Source: Octopus bimaculoides
Taxonomy: Eukaryota
Length of the DNA: 51,162 bases
Direction: 5' to 3'
Assembly (NCBI RefSeq): GCF_001194135.2
Contig: NC_068986.1
Coordinates: 99,845,245 to 99,896,406 of the forward strand
Shown here: piece by piece, positions 21,377-34,009 of the stretch
Layout of the letters: every line of letters starts with the position of its first letter
Position numbering within the stretch: position 1 is the stretch's first letter
Notes under the pieces: generated by a model
Told to the model about the DNA's origin: nothing
Databases searched by the model: none
Seen by the model: only the letters and a program-made list of their open reading frames with translations
Translations under genes and position numbers: made by a program

Positions 21377-23355
21377 TAGCAAAAGTGCCCGGCGTTGCTC
21401 GGGGCTTAATTGTATTAAAGTACTGTTGATGATTCTACTCAATTATGATTATTGAGGGAAAGATTGCTATAAGTTGAAAACCAACCAATCAATTTGCAAG
21501 TGGACAGAATGCCTTGCTTAGAGCATTGCAGCACTCTGAGAAGTGGGTAACAATAGAATGTGAGGTGACCCTGAAAAAGCTGTTTTATTGTTCTCACAAT
21601 TGTAACAATATCTTAGCAATGCAGATGACGTAAGACACGCACGTACTGTATCAGCTCTATTCCCCTTGGGAATAACTGGAAGTGTTTGCCTGAAGTTCCC
21701 TGAAAGAAGAAGTGTTATGCCTCCCAAGTGGAGATTCCAGATGATGCCACAGCTAAGGCAATGCCTTGTGTTCGCCTAATCTCAGCCAATATTAATTTTG
21801 TGACAAAAGTTTTGCCAGTTCCTGCAGGAACGTCGAGGAAGAAAATCCCCCCAGCTTTGTCCCGGACAGAATTAATAACGGAGTTGTAAGCGAACTTCTG
21901 TTCTGGAAGGAGCTTTGGCTCATTGTTCGCTATGTACTGGGCAAGTTCGTCAACATTATAACATGTCTCATGCAGCAAATCGGAAGACAGTGTGTTTGGG
22001 CGTTCCCGGTTTGTTGAAGGTAGTCCATACACTGGCAACGCACTCCCGCCCATATTGAGAACAGTATCTTCGATTTCAAGCAGCGCTCTGTTGTCAATGA
22101 GGTCACTGTACTCGACGTCGATTGATGAATTTAGCAAGTGAACCTGATGCAGGAAATCTTCAGACATGTAATTTTTGTAGGTCAGCCATAAAGAGGCGGG
22201 ATTACCAAGGAGTAGAATAGCGAAAAGCGATGTTAGTCTTTTNNNNNNNNNNNNNNNNNNNNNNNNNNNNNNNNNNNNNNNNNNNNNNNNNNNNNNNNNN
22301 NNNNNNNNNNNNNNNNNNNNNNNNNNNNNNNNNNNNNNNNNNNNNNNNNNNNNNNNNNNNNNNNNNNNNNNNNNNNNNNNNNNNNNNNNNNNNNNNNNNN
22401 NNNNNNNNNNNNNNNNNNNNNNNNNNNAGTAGGACGGAACCTGAGGGTATAAAAGTGTTTTGGCAAATGTGTCAATTTGGCAAAGCCTAAAAAAACCAGT
22501 CAAAGTTGTTTCTTTTCGATTGGCCGCCAATTGAGCAGCAGTCTGTTCAGTAAAATAAGTCCGTTGGCCGTTTTCCAAATGAACCGCGAGTTGTATGATG
22601 GCGGGGTTCCTTTGGTGAAGCGGAAACCCGAATATCCGTCAAAAAGCTTCACCGCTGCTGATATATCGACCTGCCAAGTACTGCGACACCTCGTCCATGC
22701 TATTGTCCTTTTGAAGGCCGAACATGGCAGCGTCCGAACCCTTGTTAACATAAGTACTGAATGACAGAATTCCACATTCATATGAGCGTTGAAAATTGGA
22801 CCACCCATCTATTATCAACTTGATGACCCCGTAAGGTTACAGTGAATCCCCCATTCTCAGGCCGCCTTCGTCTGTACAGTGGATATCCATCACCAGCGGT
22901 CTGGGTCTCGTCCACGAAACTTTTTGGGTATCGTGTAGTGCACACATGGTCTTTGTGGCATGAGGAGAATTTTTGAAAACCGGGACCGCACGAACCATGC
23001 ACCATGTGTGCCTTGACAATGTCGTACAGCTGCTTCTGCTTGAAAATCCTGGCAATAAGATTATGCCGATGGCAGTACTGCTGGTGTGGGAGAAGTTCCC
23101 GTGTTACCTCAACCCACTTGGGATTACATGTAAACGTGATGAATAAATCAGGGCGTCCATAGTGCCGAACAAAAGTCATAGCGTCTTGTGTTCGCTCGTG
23201 CATGTATCTTGGCCCCCCTGTATATGTTGAGGGGAGAATGCACATTTTGCCGATGTTTCTTGGGTCAGCGTCATTATTGATGCCATCACGCAAATGGATG
23301 TAGGAATCTGATCGCAGCTTCTTGTAAGTGACAGGTATTTGCATGTATCTGTGTA
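21376..23355 (-). mobile_element. Helitron (Rep-Pif1 helicase) remnant with multiple internal deletions and an intact 3' end
   Basis: Rep: LPSTYTGGPRYM...GRPDLFITFTCNPKW, MVHGSCG, YPLYRRR, VDNRWVV. Helicase: FFLDVPAGTGKTF, AVASSGI, LLSGNFRQTLPVIPKG. The 3' hairpin CCCG-AGCAACGC-CGGG (21388-21403) lies 8 nt before terminal CTAG (21376-21379), followed by T. Confidence 0.95.
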
Positions 23356-24315
23356 NNNNNNNNNNNNNNNNNNNNNNNNNNNNNNNNNNNNNNNNNNNNN
23401 NNNNNNNNNNNNNNNNNNNNNNNNNNNNNNNNNNNNNNNNNNNNNNNNNNNNNNNNNNNNNNNNNNNNNNNNNNNNNNNNNNNNNNNNNNNNNNNNNNNN
23501 NNNNNNNNNNNNNNNNNNNNNNNNNNNNNNNNNNNNNNNNNNNNNNNNNNNNNNNNNNNNNNNNNNNNNNNNNNNNNNNNNNNNNNNNNNNNNNNNNNNN
23601 NNNNNNNNNNNNNNNNNNNNNNNNNNNNNNNNNNNNNNNNNNNNNNNNNNNNNNNNNNNNNNNNNNNNNNNNNNNNNNNNNNNNNNNNNNNNNNNNNNNN
23701 NNNNNNNNNNNNNNNNNNNNNNNNNNNNNNNNNNNNNNNNNNNNNNNNNNNNNNNNNNNNNNNNNNNNNNNNNNNNNNNNNNNNNNNNNNNNNNNNNNNN
23801 NNNNNNNNNNNNNNNNNNNNNNNNNNNNNNNNNNNNNNNNNNNNNNNNNNNNNNNNNNNNNNNNNNNNNNNNNNNNNNNNNNNNNNNNNNNNNNNNNNNN
23901 NNNNNNNNNNNNNNNNNNNNNNNNNNNNNNNNNNNNNNNNNNNNNNNNNNNNNNNNNNNNNNNNNNNNNNNNNNNNNNNNNNNNNNNNNNNNNNNNNNNN
24001 NNNNNNNNNNNNNNNNNNNNNNNNNNNNNNNNNNNNNNNNNNNNNNNNNNNNNNNNNNNNNNNNNNNNNNNNNNNNNNNNNNNNNNNNNNNNNNNNNNNN
24101 NNNNNNNNNNNNNNNNNNNNNNNNNNNNNNNNNNNNNNNNNNNNNNNNNNNNNNNNNNNNNNNNNNNNNNNNNNNNNNNNNNNNNNNNNNNNNNNNNNNN
24201 NNNNNNNNNNNNNNNNNNNNNNNNNNNNNNNNNNNNNNNNNNNNNNNNNNNNNNNNNNNNNNNNNNNNNNNNNNNNNNNNNNNNNNNNNNNNNNNNNNNN
24301 NNNNNNNNNNNNNNN

Positions 24316-24352
<37 letters not shown>

Positions 24353-25284
24353 CAAATGTATATTTCCAGCGTTGATGGTACAATGAGGTGCACATGCGGA
24401 ATGATATCGACACGCTGATGTGTGATTTGAATTCAATTCATTGACCCTGCTGATACAGCAAAAAAGTAAATACTAAACTTGTAGGATGTCGGATCGGCGT
24501 ATCAAATATTTCTGCTTTATGTATTGATTAAATTTAACATTATAAATATTTAACCAATTGGTAAGATGAATATTTAGTTAACATTTCATATAAGCTTTAA
24601 TGTACATTTACAAACTCACGGCTAAAATATTTTGATCTCGGTAGTTTAGAAGGGTAACGCATAAAATATTATAGCGTTATATAAATATGTACATAAGAGA
24701 TATATGAATCGATAAATAAGTAGATAGGTGTTAGATTGGTCAAATGATTCGATATACTAGCGATCACTTTGCTTTTAATAATTCAAGCAGAAGACGTCCC
24801 TGAGTATTTTCTTCGCGACATTTCTATTATAAAACTATTAATTAAGTTGTTGAGTTGTTGATCCCTTATAGAACAGACTTATATTAGCTCTTAGCCCAGC
24901 TGCGACAATTTCATCTTAACTTACATTCTTAAATGATTCATTTATATAATATAAGGGGGCATTTACTGTATATACGTACAGAAACCATAAAAGTCAGGAG
25001 GCATGAGAGGTATATATATATTTATTTAACCTCGTCAGTTAGGATTACGATCGGTTCGCAACCTTCACACTCTGAAATTAAAACCACATGAAAAATGTTG
25101 CGAAACGGTTGTAGTCCTAGGGGAGGCGCATGCTTAAATAACTATATCAATATCTCATACAATTAGTCATTTATAATTTATATACTCCTAATGATTTCAT
25201 TTAATTCATAGGATCGTTTGGTTTTCTGCTGCATAGACAATACATGAACTTCTCTATATTGAATTACTATGTGAACTGTTAGCT

Positions 25285-25323
25285 GAGTGCGTAAGCGGAG
25301 TGCGTAAGCGGAGTGCGTAAGCG
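25285..25323. repeat. 13-bp perfect tandem repeat x3 (GAGTGCGTAAGCG)
   Basis: Direct inspection. Confidence 0.95.
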
Positions 25324-25376
25324 GTCGTTCTGTGATAGCCACAAGATGCTCAGAATCCATATCTTATACTACTTAT

Positions 25377-25540
25377 TTCTCTCTCTGTCTCTCTCTGCCT
25401 CTGTCTCTCTCTGTCTCTGTCTCTCTATATCTCTGTCTCTCTCTGTCTCTATCTGTCTCTGTCTCTCTCTGTCTCTGTCTCTCTCTGTCTCTGTCTCTGT
25501 CTCTGTCTGTCTCTGTCTCTCTCTCTCTGTCTCTCTATCT
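25377..25540. repeat. (CTCTGT)n/(CT)n microsatellite
   Basis: Direct inspection. Confidence 0.9.
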
Positions 25541-25574
25541 ATACATGTATGTTTATGTATGTGTGGTTGAAATT

Positions 25575-25730
25575 TACGGAGAAACAAAAGACAAAGACAG
25601 ATGTATAAATAACTAGCGTGTGTATTAGTTTGACGTTCGGGAAGTTGAGAAAGTCTTTTACGTTTCGAGCCTACGCTCTTCAACAGAAAGAAACACGATG
25701 AAATAAACAGAGAGAGAATAAAAAAATAAA
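25575..25730 (-). mobile_element. PLE pLTR-like unit, copy 3 (solo; best-preserved hammerhead-like motif)
   Basis: Minus strand TCTTTCTGTTGAAGAGCGTAGGCTCGAAACGTAAAAGAC...AAACTAATAC...CATCTGTCTTTGTC. Confidence 0.75.
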
Positions 25731-26125
25731 CTTTTGGCGTTAGCGGTCAATCATGGTGACTGGTTGGACAAAGGTAATTAGACAGGAGAGCTAGGAAGAA
25801 GGGGAAATAATAAAGCACTGGTGATCCCCAAACGAAGGTGTGCGTGCGTGTGTGTATGTGAGAGGGTTATGTGTGTGCGTGTGGATAGGGGCTGGTAACG
25901 TTGCCGTGTAGATGTGTGCGTGTGTGCGTCTATAATGTGTGGGTGTGCTTAGATCATGGTGTGGGTGCTGGGAAGTGGTCAGTGCCAGCGTGTGCGGAGT
26001 TGTGAGGGAGTAGTGTGATGTGGTGTTGTGGTGAAGTGGTGTGTGGTGTGGTGGTGTTGGCGTGTGAGGATGTGAAAGTGGGGTGTGGGTTTGGGGTATA
26101 TATATACATACATATATATATGTAT

Positions 26126-26156
<31 letters not shown>

Positions 26157-27369
26157 GATATACACAAAGTATGGGTGATCTAAACGAATAGGTACACTAG
26201 GTAAGTGCTGTAAAGGATTACTAGGGTTCCAAGGTTATATACGAGACGGTAGTTATGGAGCCATTGCAGATTTAAACAGGACGTCAAACATTAAAGCAAG
26301 ACAACATCTCAAGTCTTACACAATATTATTACAGTGAGAAATTCAACATCTTATAGCTGTTTCTCGGACATTCTTGAGTATGGGATATTCCATCATCAGA
26401 GAAAAATTGGGGAAAAAATATGGAAAATGAGAATATTATATATCAATAAGATGATAACATAGAGGAAAGGAGTAAAATGATAAGGAGATTGAAAGAGAGA
26501 AGAAAAATGAAGCATAAAAGTTCATAGTTCAACTTTCCGAAGAAACCAAAGCATGAGTCCTTAGGTGTAATCCTACGTATATCCATCAGTGTATGTCTTT
26601 AGGTGCAATCCTGCGTATATCCATATGGGTTGAAGTCCTTATATCCCAAGAAAAAAAAACGCGAACATATCAACGTTAAATAACAGAATGGTAGCAGAGG
26701 TGACTGCTAATTATCAAAAGTAGAGAAGAGAAGAGAAGTAGGAAGAGGGGTGGCTAGAGTGAGGTAGAGGGGATTTTAAGGATTGGCTATATGATAAGGT
26801 AATGTGCATATGCGTATGGTGTCTAAGAATTGTGTATGGGGTAGCTGAGAAGATAAGAGAGAGAGGATGAGGAGGTAGAGGAAGATAGGGTAAAATAATA
26901 GGGTAAAAAAAAATAGATCGGAATGAAAGGAATTTAAGGAGATTAGTAGATGTCTGGTGGTTTCAAAGTCTAAGGTTGTTGGGCATGATATTTGGTAGTG
27001 ACTGCTTGTGTCCGTTCTGGCTAAGGACAGTGGCTGTAGAGTTGCTTTTAGCAATGGGGTTGTGTGTGCGTAGATAGTCGAGAAAGGAAGAGCTAGTTGA
27101 ATATTAAATTAGATATCGGTGGGAGTTTCAGTTAGGGGTTTATATTATGGGTATTTCGGGGGTTAAAGTTTAAAATAAATTAAGGATAAATTAAAGAATT
27201 AATATTTATCTTATAGTGTGAGGAGGGACGGTAGATAGATATGAGGTAAGACATAATATAGAGATAAGAGTTATAAAAATAAAGAAGGGATATGCGTTAA
27301 TAATCATAGGGGTATGTGGGTGCTATTAGTGGGGGGGGGGTGAGCTTACATAAAGATTTATGAAAGAAT

Positions 27370-27830
27370 TTAAAAGTGCGGAAGAATTTGTGTTTAAAGG
27401 TAGTGAAGGCCCTCGTTGTATTCATTAAGCTATTGTGGTCAGTTGTGGGTTAGAATTTTGAGAGCTTCTTTTAAGCAAAATCGGCAACTAGAGTGTTGGC
27501 CCTGATATGGGGTACCCGAGTCTATTATAGCCCGGGAAAGTTTATAATGTATTTTTCTATTAACTAGATGGTGTGTGTGGCTGGCTAGTGATGTGGAATT
27601 ACTATTCACCTTATGTTTAAATGAGTTTCAATATGCGTAATACCTTTGTTTAAAATCGGTGCTGGAACCAATGTAGTAGATACAGAAATCATTTACGATG
27701 CGAACAGTGCATCGGTATACGATGTTGAATCTTTTGCATTGGACTTGCAGCGGGCAATGTGTCCCGGATCTGCAGTTGCAGTTATCGGTTCCTCGGTGGT
27801 TAATTGGAGAGAGAGATGATGTAGTGCTGG
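27370..27830 (-). mobile_element. PLE GIY-YIG endonuclease remnant with Cys-rich linker
   Basis: NCNCRSGTHCPLQVQC..NIVYRCTV...YYIGSSTDFKQRY, then STSLASH...CRFCLKEALKIL. Has internal stops. Confidence 0.85.
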
Positions 27831-27914
27831 TAGTGGCTTGGGTGGTATTAGGTGAAGCGATTGTGATATTGCTGTCATTTCTAGTATCGATACCAACGTG
27901 AGCGTTACCATTCA

Positions 27915-28210
<296 letters not shown>

Positions 28211-28828
28211 AATTTTGAAATGCAGATTTTTTTGCAAGTTCGGAACCTCCTCCCTCGATATAGTATGTTCCTGTAAAAAAAAAAAAAACCCAAATCGCAA
28301 AGCGGGTGCGGTCAATGATCTTTTGAAGAAACTGGCTGCGAAATAGGGAATTATATTAGTGGACATTTAAACAACATGTTATCTGCCTTGCATCACATCA
28401 ACTCATCTGCTGACAGTATTTCTGAAATCATTGTCAGTTGTTTTATTTCTCATCATAGCTTCCTGTTCTCTCGGTATCAAAGAACACTACCTCGTCTTCC
28501 GGATGCCATTGGATATCTCTCTATCAGCAACAACACTTTCTTACTGCATGCCACTACATCGCAATCTACCCTCCATGGTGCTCTGAAACATAACACGTCA
28601 CACAAAAGATACTCATCCACAAACCTACATGCAAACTCTCCCCACTGCATGCACAAATACATCTTGTAATTCACACATACAACCATACCAGAGTGCAATC
28701 TAATTACACCACGCACACACTCAAGTATAACATCTAGTCTTCTTCACGCGCATGCATAGACAAACACACACTGATATACATACAATACTACGCCTTATAC
28801 CAGCACAGCCACCTACGCTTAACACATT

Positions 28829-28873
<45 letters not shown>

Positions 28874-29593
28874 CGCACACACACGCATTCACAGAATCTA
28901 ACAATTGTGTGATTATCTTCCTTTTCTCATTACATAATCACTAGAAATGCACGTACACAGACCACATTAGATTAAAATAGCAAGACAAGATTTATCACCT
29001 CCGATACTTAATCTAACAATGATTCCAATAAAGACTTATACCACAATTATTCCTATGTTAAGTCCTGTTTTCATGCCAGCAGACACATTAGNNNNNNNNN
29101 NNNNNNNNNNNNNNNNNNNNNNNNNNNNNNNNNNNNNNNNNNNNNNNNNNNNNNNNNNNNNNNNNNNNNNNNNNNNNNNNNNNNNNNNNNNNNNNNNNNN
29201 NNNNNNNNNNNNNNNNNNNNNNNNNNNNNNNNNNNNNNNNNNNNNNNNNNNNNNNNNNNNNNNNNNNNNNNNNNNNNNNNNNNNNNNNNNNNNNNNNNNN
29301 NNNNNNAAAAAAAAAAAAAAAAAAAAAATTGATGTTGTTTACTTTGGCAACTTGGCAGGTGGTTGCTATCGGTCCATTGAGAAGAAGACCTATGTACACG
29401 GTCGATACTTTATTTAAAAGACCACGGCTAGATATGAGTTCAAACTCGGGGATGGATGAAATGAAATTTTGTATTTGTATTGAATTCAAACGATTCTGTC
29501 TAATAGAATCTACGAAAGAAAAGCATTCCATATCTCACTTGTCCATTGGATTGGCATTAGTATTGTTAAGCAAATGATAACGTTATTTTAATG

Positions 29594-29913
29594 ATGTCTT
29601 GCAAACAACTCGCACCTGCAAGTGCTACCAGTCGAGAACTCCACCTACCGGAAGCCAGCAAGTGTATGGGGTCATCAGGAGAGAATGCGCGCCGTTTCAG
29701 GGCCTACCTCTCGACGGCATCAATGCGCACCAGCTCCCCCTCACTGATATGAGGCCCCGCTTGCTAGATCAACTGGTTATTAAAAACAAAGCTCAATATT
29801 TCTCTAGCCATCGCTCATCGTCTCTTTTTAACCAAATCCAGTGGCTAGCCTTCTCCACTGTATTTTGGATATCGGTCACGGTGGTATTTACCTTACGATG
29901 AGTTAGGCCTAAC
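29594..29913 (-). mobile_element. 5'-truncated RLE-type LINE (HERO-like) tail, 320 bp, flanked by an 18-bp target-site duplication
   Basis: GATAACGTTATTTTAATG at 29576-29593 and 29914-29931. The minus strand encodes LGLTHRKVNTTVTDIQNTVEKASHWIWLKRDDERWLEKY*, resembling from recall the HERO-type C-terminus AERAS.WLW.+R, followed by about 200 bp of 3'UTR. Confidence 0.75.
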
Positions 29914-30114
29914 GATAACGTTATTTTAATGTAGTTAATTAATGTAGTTTAAATTATTTACCCGAATAACCTGAAAACGTTGCATACTGTGTGTTTGTAG
30001 TTGAGCTGTGTATAAAGTACAGTGTATCAGGGGGCTATTTTGTTGAAATATTCGCTAGAAATTATAGTTGCTGGCTTTAGTATTCATACAGTATTATAAG
30101 CAATGCTGTATAAA

Positions 30115-30555
30115 ACATGAACGCCGTTGGTTACGTCGACAAGTGTTTCAGTTGATCCGATTCAAGAAACGTCCTGCTCATGAAACTAACGTGCACGTAG
30201 CTGAGCGCTCCACAGATACACGAAGTTCCCAGGAGATTCAGCGTGTCACTAAACGTAACAAGATCGGCCTTGCCAGCTGAATGGACTATTGGATAATACC
30301 ACGGAGGGGTGTCTGCTATAATATCCATTATAAAGCAGTTTGGAATCATACATGTAACATTACAAATCACATTGTATTAGTTCTACAGATTATAATGTTA
30401 AATAATGAATGTCTGTTTAATCTATTCACTCTCTTTTGCTGTTGGACGGGAGCAGCGTGAAATAAAGTGCGTTGCTCAAGAACACAACGCGCCACCATGA
30501 ATCGAACTCACGATCATAATATCTTGAGCCGAATACCCTAACCACTAAGCCACGC
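30115..30555 (-). mobile_element. tRNA-derived SINE, family D, split by a 156-bp insertion
   Basis: Head GCGTGGCTTAGTGGTTAGGG...GAGTTCGATTC...GTGTTCTTGAGCAACGCACTTTATTTC (30445-30555). The tail (30115-30280) is homologous to the family C 3' module. Confidence 0.75.
30287..30442. repeat. 156-bp insertion flanked by TGGAC direct repeats, with a diverged second copy at 30900-31053
   Basis: TGGAC at 30282-30286 and 30443-30447. Shared blocks with 30900-31053 include CCACGGAGG, ATTATAAAGCAGTTTGGAATCATA, AGTTCTACAG, TTATAATGTTA and AATCTATTC. Confidence 0.85.
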
Positions 30556-31184
30556 AATGCTGTATATATACTTTCCGAATATTGTTTAGTTCCCATTTTC
30601 TTTTCGCTGTTTCAATTACCCATGGAATTGAAGTAGATCTGGAAATCACCTTCCAACACACAATATCGATGTTGTAATTTTAAATCTATGTCATCCATAA
30701 GGGATTGAATGAGGAAAGATGACATTGTTCACTTACAAATAGCTCTTTCTAAACGGCTAGTTCAGATTGTTCTCTGTATAATTGAGACAGAATAATTTCA
30801 GCTGAGAATATAAAACTGTCAAAGGTATAATTATTTGTAATTCCTCGATAACCGTGAAGATTCCTGTTAATAAATGAATGTATTGATACAACTTAAAACT
30901 ATAGAACAATGCCACGGAGGCGTCTACTATATGATCTATTATAAAGCAGTTTGGAATCATATTTGTAACTTTGCAACTTACATTGTATAAGTTCTACAGT
31001 TTATAATGTTATATAGTGTATGTCTGTCCAATCTATTCTCCCTCTTTTATTGTTTTAATGACAATAGTACAATAATTGAACTTATATCGTGATTCTAAAT
31101 AATGAAAAAAAAAAAGAAGAATCTAAAATGAAAACAGCGAAAAATTCATTCAACATTATCAAATTATACACACACGCGCGCGCA

Positions 31185-31216
<32 letters not shown>

Positions 31217-31826
31217 TTTATATATAAAATTAACAGAATCAGATAAAAATCCAAGGTTGTGAAAGATTTCAAAACATTTATATATATATATATATACATG
31301 TGTGTATCTCTGTATGTATTTGTTGCGTATGTGTATTTGCTTGTGTGTGCCCATGAGTATGATTATGTATATGTGTATATATGTGTGTGTGTATGTGCGT
31401 GTGCGTATACAAATGTATATGTATATATTCATATAAATATTTATCTAAATATACGCGTATATATGTATATATATATGCATATAATTACGTACAGTATATA
31501 TATTTATAAATATAGGTATCTACACACACATACACACACAAGCACATACATATACACATACTTGCACAAACATATGCAGTTAAGTCCATTCAGGGAAATA
31601 TAATATTAGGCGATGCACTGTTGATAAATGGTTCACAATGTCGAAATGTAAGACTGAGTTACTGAGACACTGGAATCGAATTCCCAGCGTTCATATCTTC
31701 ATTGTCTACATGAATATCATTCGGTTTCATTCATTGGTATGAAATACGTTGGGATTTTGTTTCAGAGGTAAGCTAATTACTGAATAGAAAATCTGTTCTA
31801 TTCTTTCTATATATATGTGTATGCCA

Positions 31827-31996
<170 letters not shown>

Positions 31997-32964
31997 GGCA
32001 CCTCGAGTGTCGCGTTGCTCTCGAGCAACTATGCCGTCCCAGGTTGACCTTGAGCCACTGCAACACAAACAAAATATTTCTATAGGGGATTAGTGGAGGG
32101 GAGGTACGACGACGATATCGAGGCGAACCTGGGCGTCGGCTAGGAATACCTGACCCACCTGTTCAAGACGATTTTCGGGCCGGGACCTATAGACAACGTC
32201 CAGAGATCCCTGGATTTGTAGTGCTATCGGGAAGCGCTACCCGTTCGGGATAAGCTCTAAAGGCATGACTCGAAAAACACGGGGCCGACCTGCCCGAGAT
32301 ACGGACAGAACGACGAAACCGTTCTGCATTCACTCGTACAGTGTTCAGTCTGTCGTGAATATTGTCGCGCCTCCTTCCTTGAAACGGGAAGGAAGAGTCA
32401 TTTTCATCGTACTTGTGGGCTATGGCGAGAGAATGTGTATGGTGGACGCCCTCTGAAAGGTCTAGAGACAAATACTTTCCTCTCTGGTGAATCTCTCATC
32501 AACGTCTTCAAGTATCACTTGAAGAGGAAGGTAAGAGTAGAAAGGGAAGTTCTGTCTACTGAATGCTTCAAGAAAAGATGGGTGAATGTAGCAAGGATGG
32601 CACGTGTGAATGACGGAGCCACCTCGAGCATAACCGTATGAACCAGAAAGAAAAAAGCAAAAAGAGAGTCACTTAATGTAATGTGCTTTTATGCATGACA
32701 TTATTGGCCAAGGTTACCGTGGCCTTTTCCGTAGGCTTTTCTTCCCACGGATAAACCTAATCTGTTTCCCCCTTTACACTTTACATCATGACATTTCTGT
32801 GATACACGATCTCTATTGATTGTTTCTTTTCTTTTCTTTTTTTTACGATCCCTTTTGATCGTAAATCTACCCCACTTTTTTTCTTCCCTCTCCGCTCCAA
32901 ATAGAAAGCTCTAATTTATAAATTGTCCCCTCTGTGTTCAGTCTTGTTTAGTTAATAAAGAAAC
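31997..32964 (+). mobile_element. 5'-truncated L1/Tx1-clade LINE 3' end (Cys-rich C-terminal domain, 3'UTR, AATAAA)
   Basis: CYREALPVRDKL*RH...PTCPRYGQNDETVLHSLVQC (CCHC zf-RVT-like), then KYHLKRKVRVEREVL...KRWVNVARMARV* ending at 32641, then a pyrimidine-rich UTR and AATAAA at 32954. Confidence 0.85.
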
Positions 32965-33222
32965 ATATCTATCTACAATGAGATATTATAGTAGCAAGTT
33001 AATACATTATGATATATCAAATACATTATAATATAGATGGCTATAGCTATTAAAACCAAAAAGGCAAAATTCATAAATGAGGGTGCAAAATAGTACCTGC
33101 AATTGCTAGAAATAAGAGCTAAAATGTATAACTCGGATAGCTACACAAACTCGCCAACCTCTTGAGATATCCAAGGGCTGCGAGCGGCAAGCCACAACAT
33201 CTATCTATCGATCTATCTATTA

Positions 33223-33253
<31 letters not shown>

Positions 33254-33309
33254 GTATATCTATATATATATATACCTTAGAAGACAAAGTATTTGACTCA
33301 CAGATATAA

Positions 33310-33445
33310 TGTCATGAGTTTGATATCATACGGTGTGTTTTGTCCTTGAGCAAGACAGCATGTCTCAGGTTGCTGCAGTCCACTCGGCTGGCCACAAGGA
33401 GTATGGCCGGTACTTTAAACGGATAACCTTGCCACATCCTGTTTA
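33310..33445 (+). mobile_element. Diverged SINE fragment (family D-like core)
   Basis: TGTCCTTGAGCAAGACA...GTTGCTGCAGTCCACTCGGCTGG resembles the minus-strand core at 30445-30490. Confidence 0.55.
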
Positions 33446-33469
33446 TATATACAAAAATATATTTATAAC

Positions 33470-33597
33470 TCTCTCTCTTTCTCTGTATTTTTTTCTCTGC
33501 TTTTGGAAGAGCGTAGGCTCGAAACGTTAAAGACTTTTTCAATTCCCGAGCGCTATACTAATACATCTGTTTGTTTTATGCACCACCTGTCTTCGAA
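33470..33597 (+). mobile_element. PLE pLTR-like unit, copy 4 (solo, 3' truncated)
   Basis: GGAAGAGCGTAGGCTCGAAACGTTAAAGACTTTTTCAATTCCCGAGCG...CTAATACATCTGTTTG...CACCTGTCTTCG. Confidence 0.75.
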
Positions 33598-34009
33598 ACT
33601 GATGAATGCTCAATAAATTTTGGCAAAATATATTTATAATTTTTTACAAGGAAAAATCCAATTTCCTTTTAAAATATTACATATGCCACAAAATCCTGAG
33701 ATATATATCTCCTGTGCATAATAAGATTACTAATAGAGAAATCCATGCATTAAACAAATATGCATTCACAATAAACCATGAACACAGCATGTTCAGAATA
33801 AAGGACAGCTCAGAATAAGAAGACACCAAAACATGAAATATTTAGAGACAATAGGTATAACATCACATTCTCATCATCAGTGATATCCGTTGAATATCAC
33901 TATGGTTTCGGTAACACACACACACGCACGCACACAGACGCACACAACACACTCGCATACACATCACAAACATATACACACGCATGCACGCACATACATA
34001 ACATGATGA

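Noticed and set aside
22778-24436. 552-aa ORF and other long X-rich ORFs
   Set aside because: Their length comes from N-gaps read as X. Only 22778-23355 is real Helitron Rep sequence, and I could not link 24317-24436 to it.
26170-27370. Purine-rich region downstream of the GIY-YIG remnant as PLE 3'UTR/pLTR, including a 27-bp near-duplicate at about 26560-26624
   Set aside because: Plausible by position, but there is no second copy in the window to define it and no clear ribozyme core.
29343-29509. Other splice-bounded open segments: 29343-29509 (-), 25031-25071 (-), about 6274-6389 (-), about 18760-18807 (+), about 20027-20052 (+), about 12692-12779 (+)
   Set aside because: The peptides are unrecognised, the intron phases do not chain into one gene, both strands give candidates, and such signals are expected by chance in 51 kb of AT-rich DNA.
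29690-29745. TGATG...GAAAC in the HERO-like 3'UTR as a hammerhead
   Set aside because: The core lacks CUGANGA and I could not form a consistent stem II/III.
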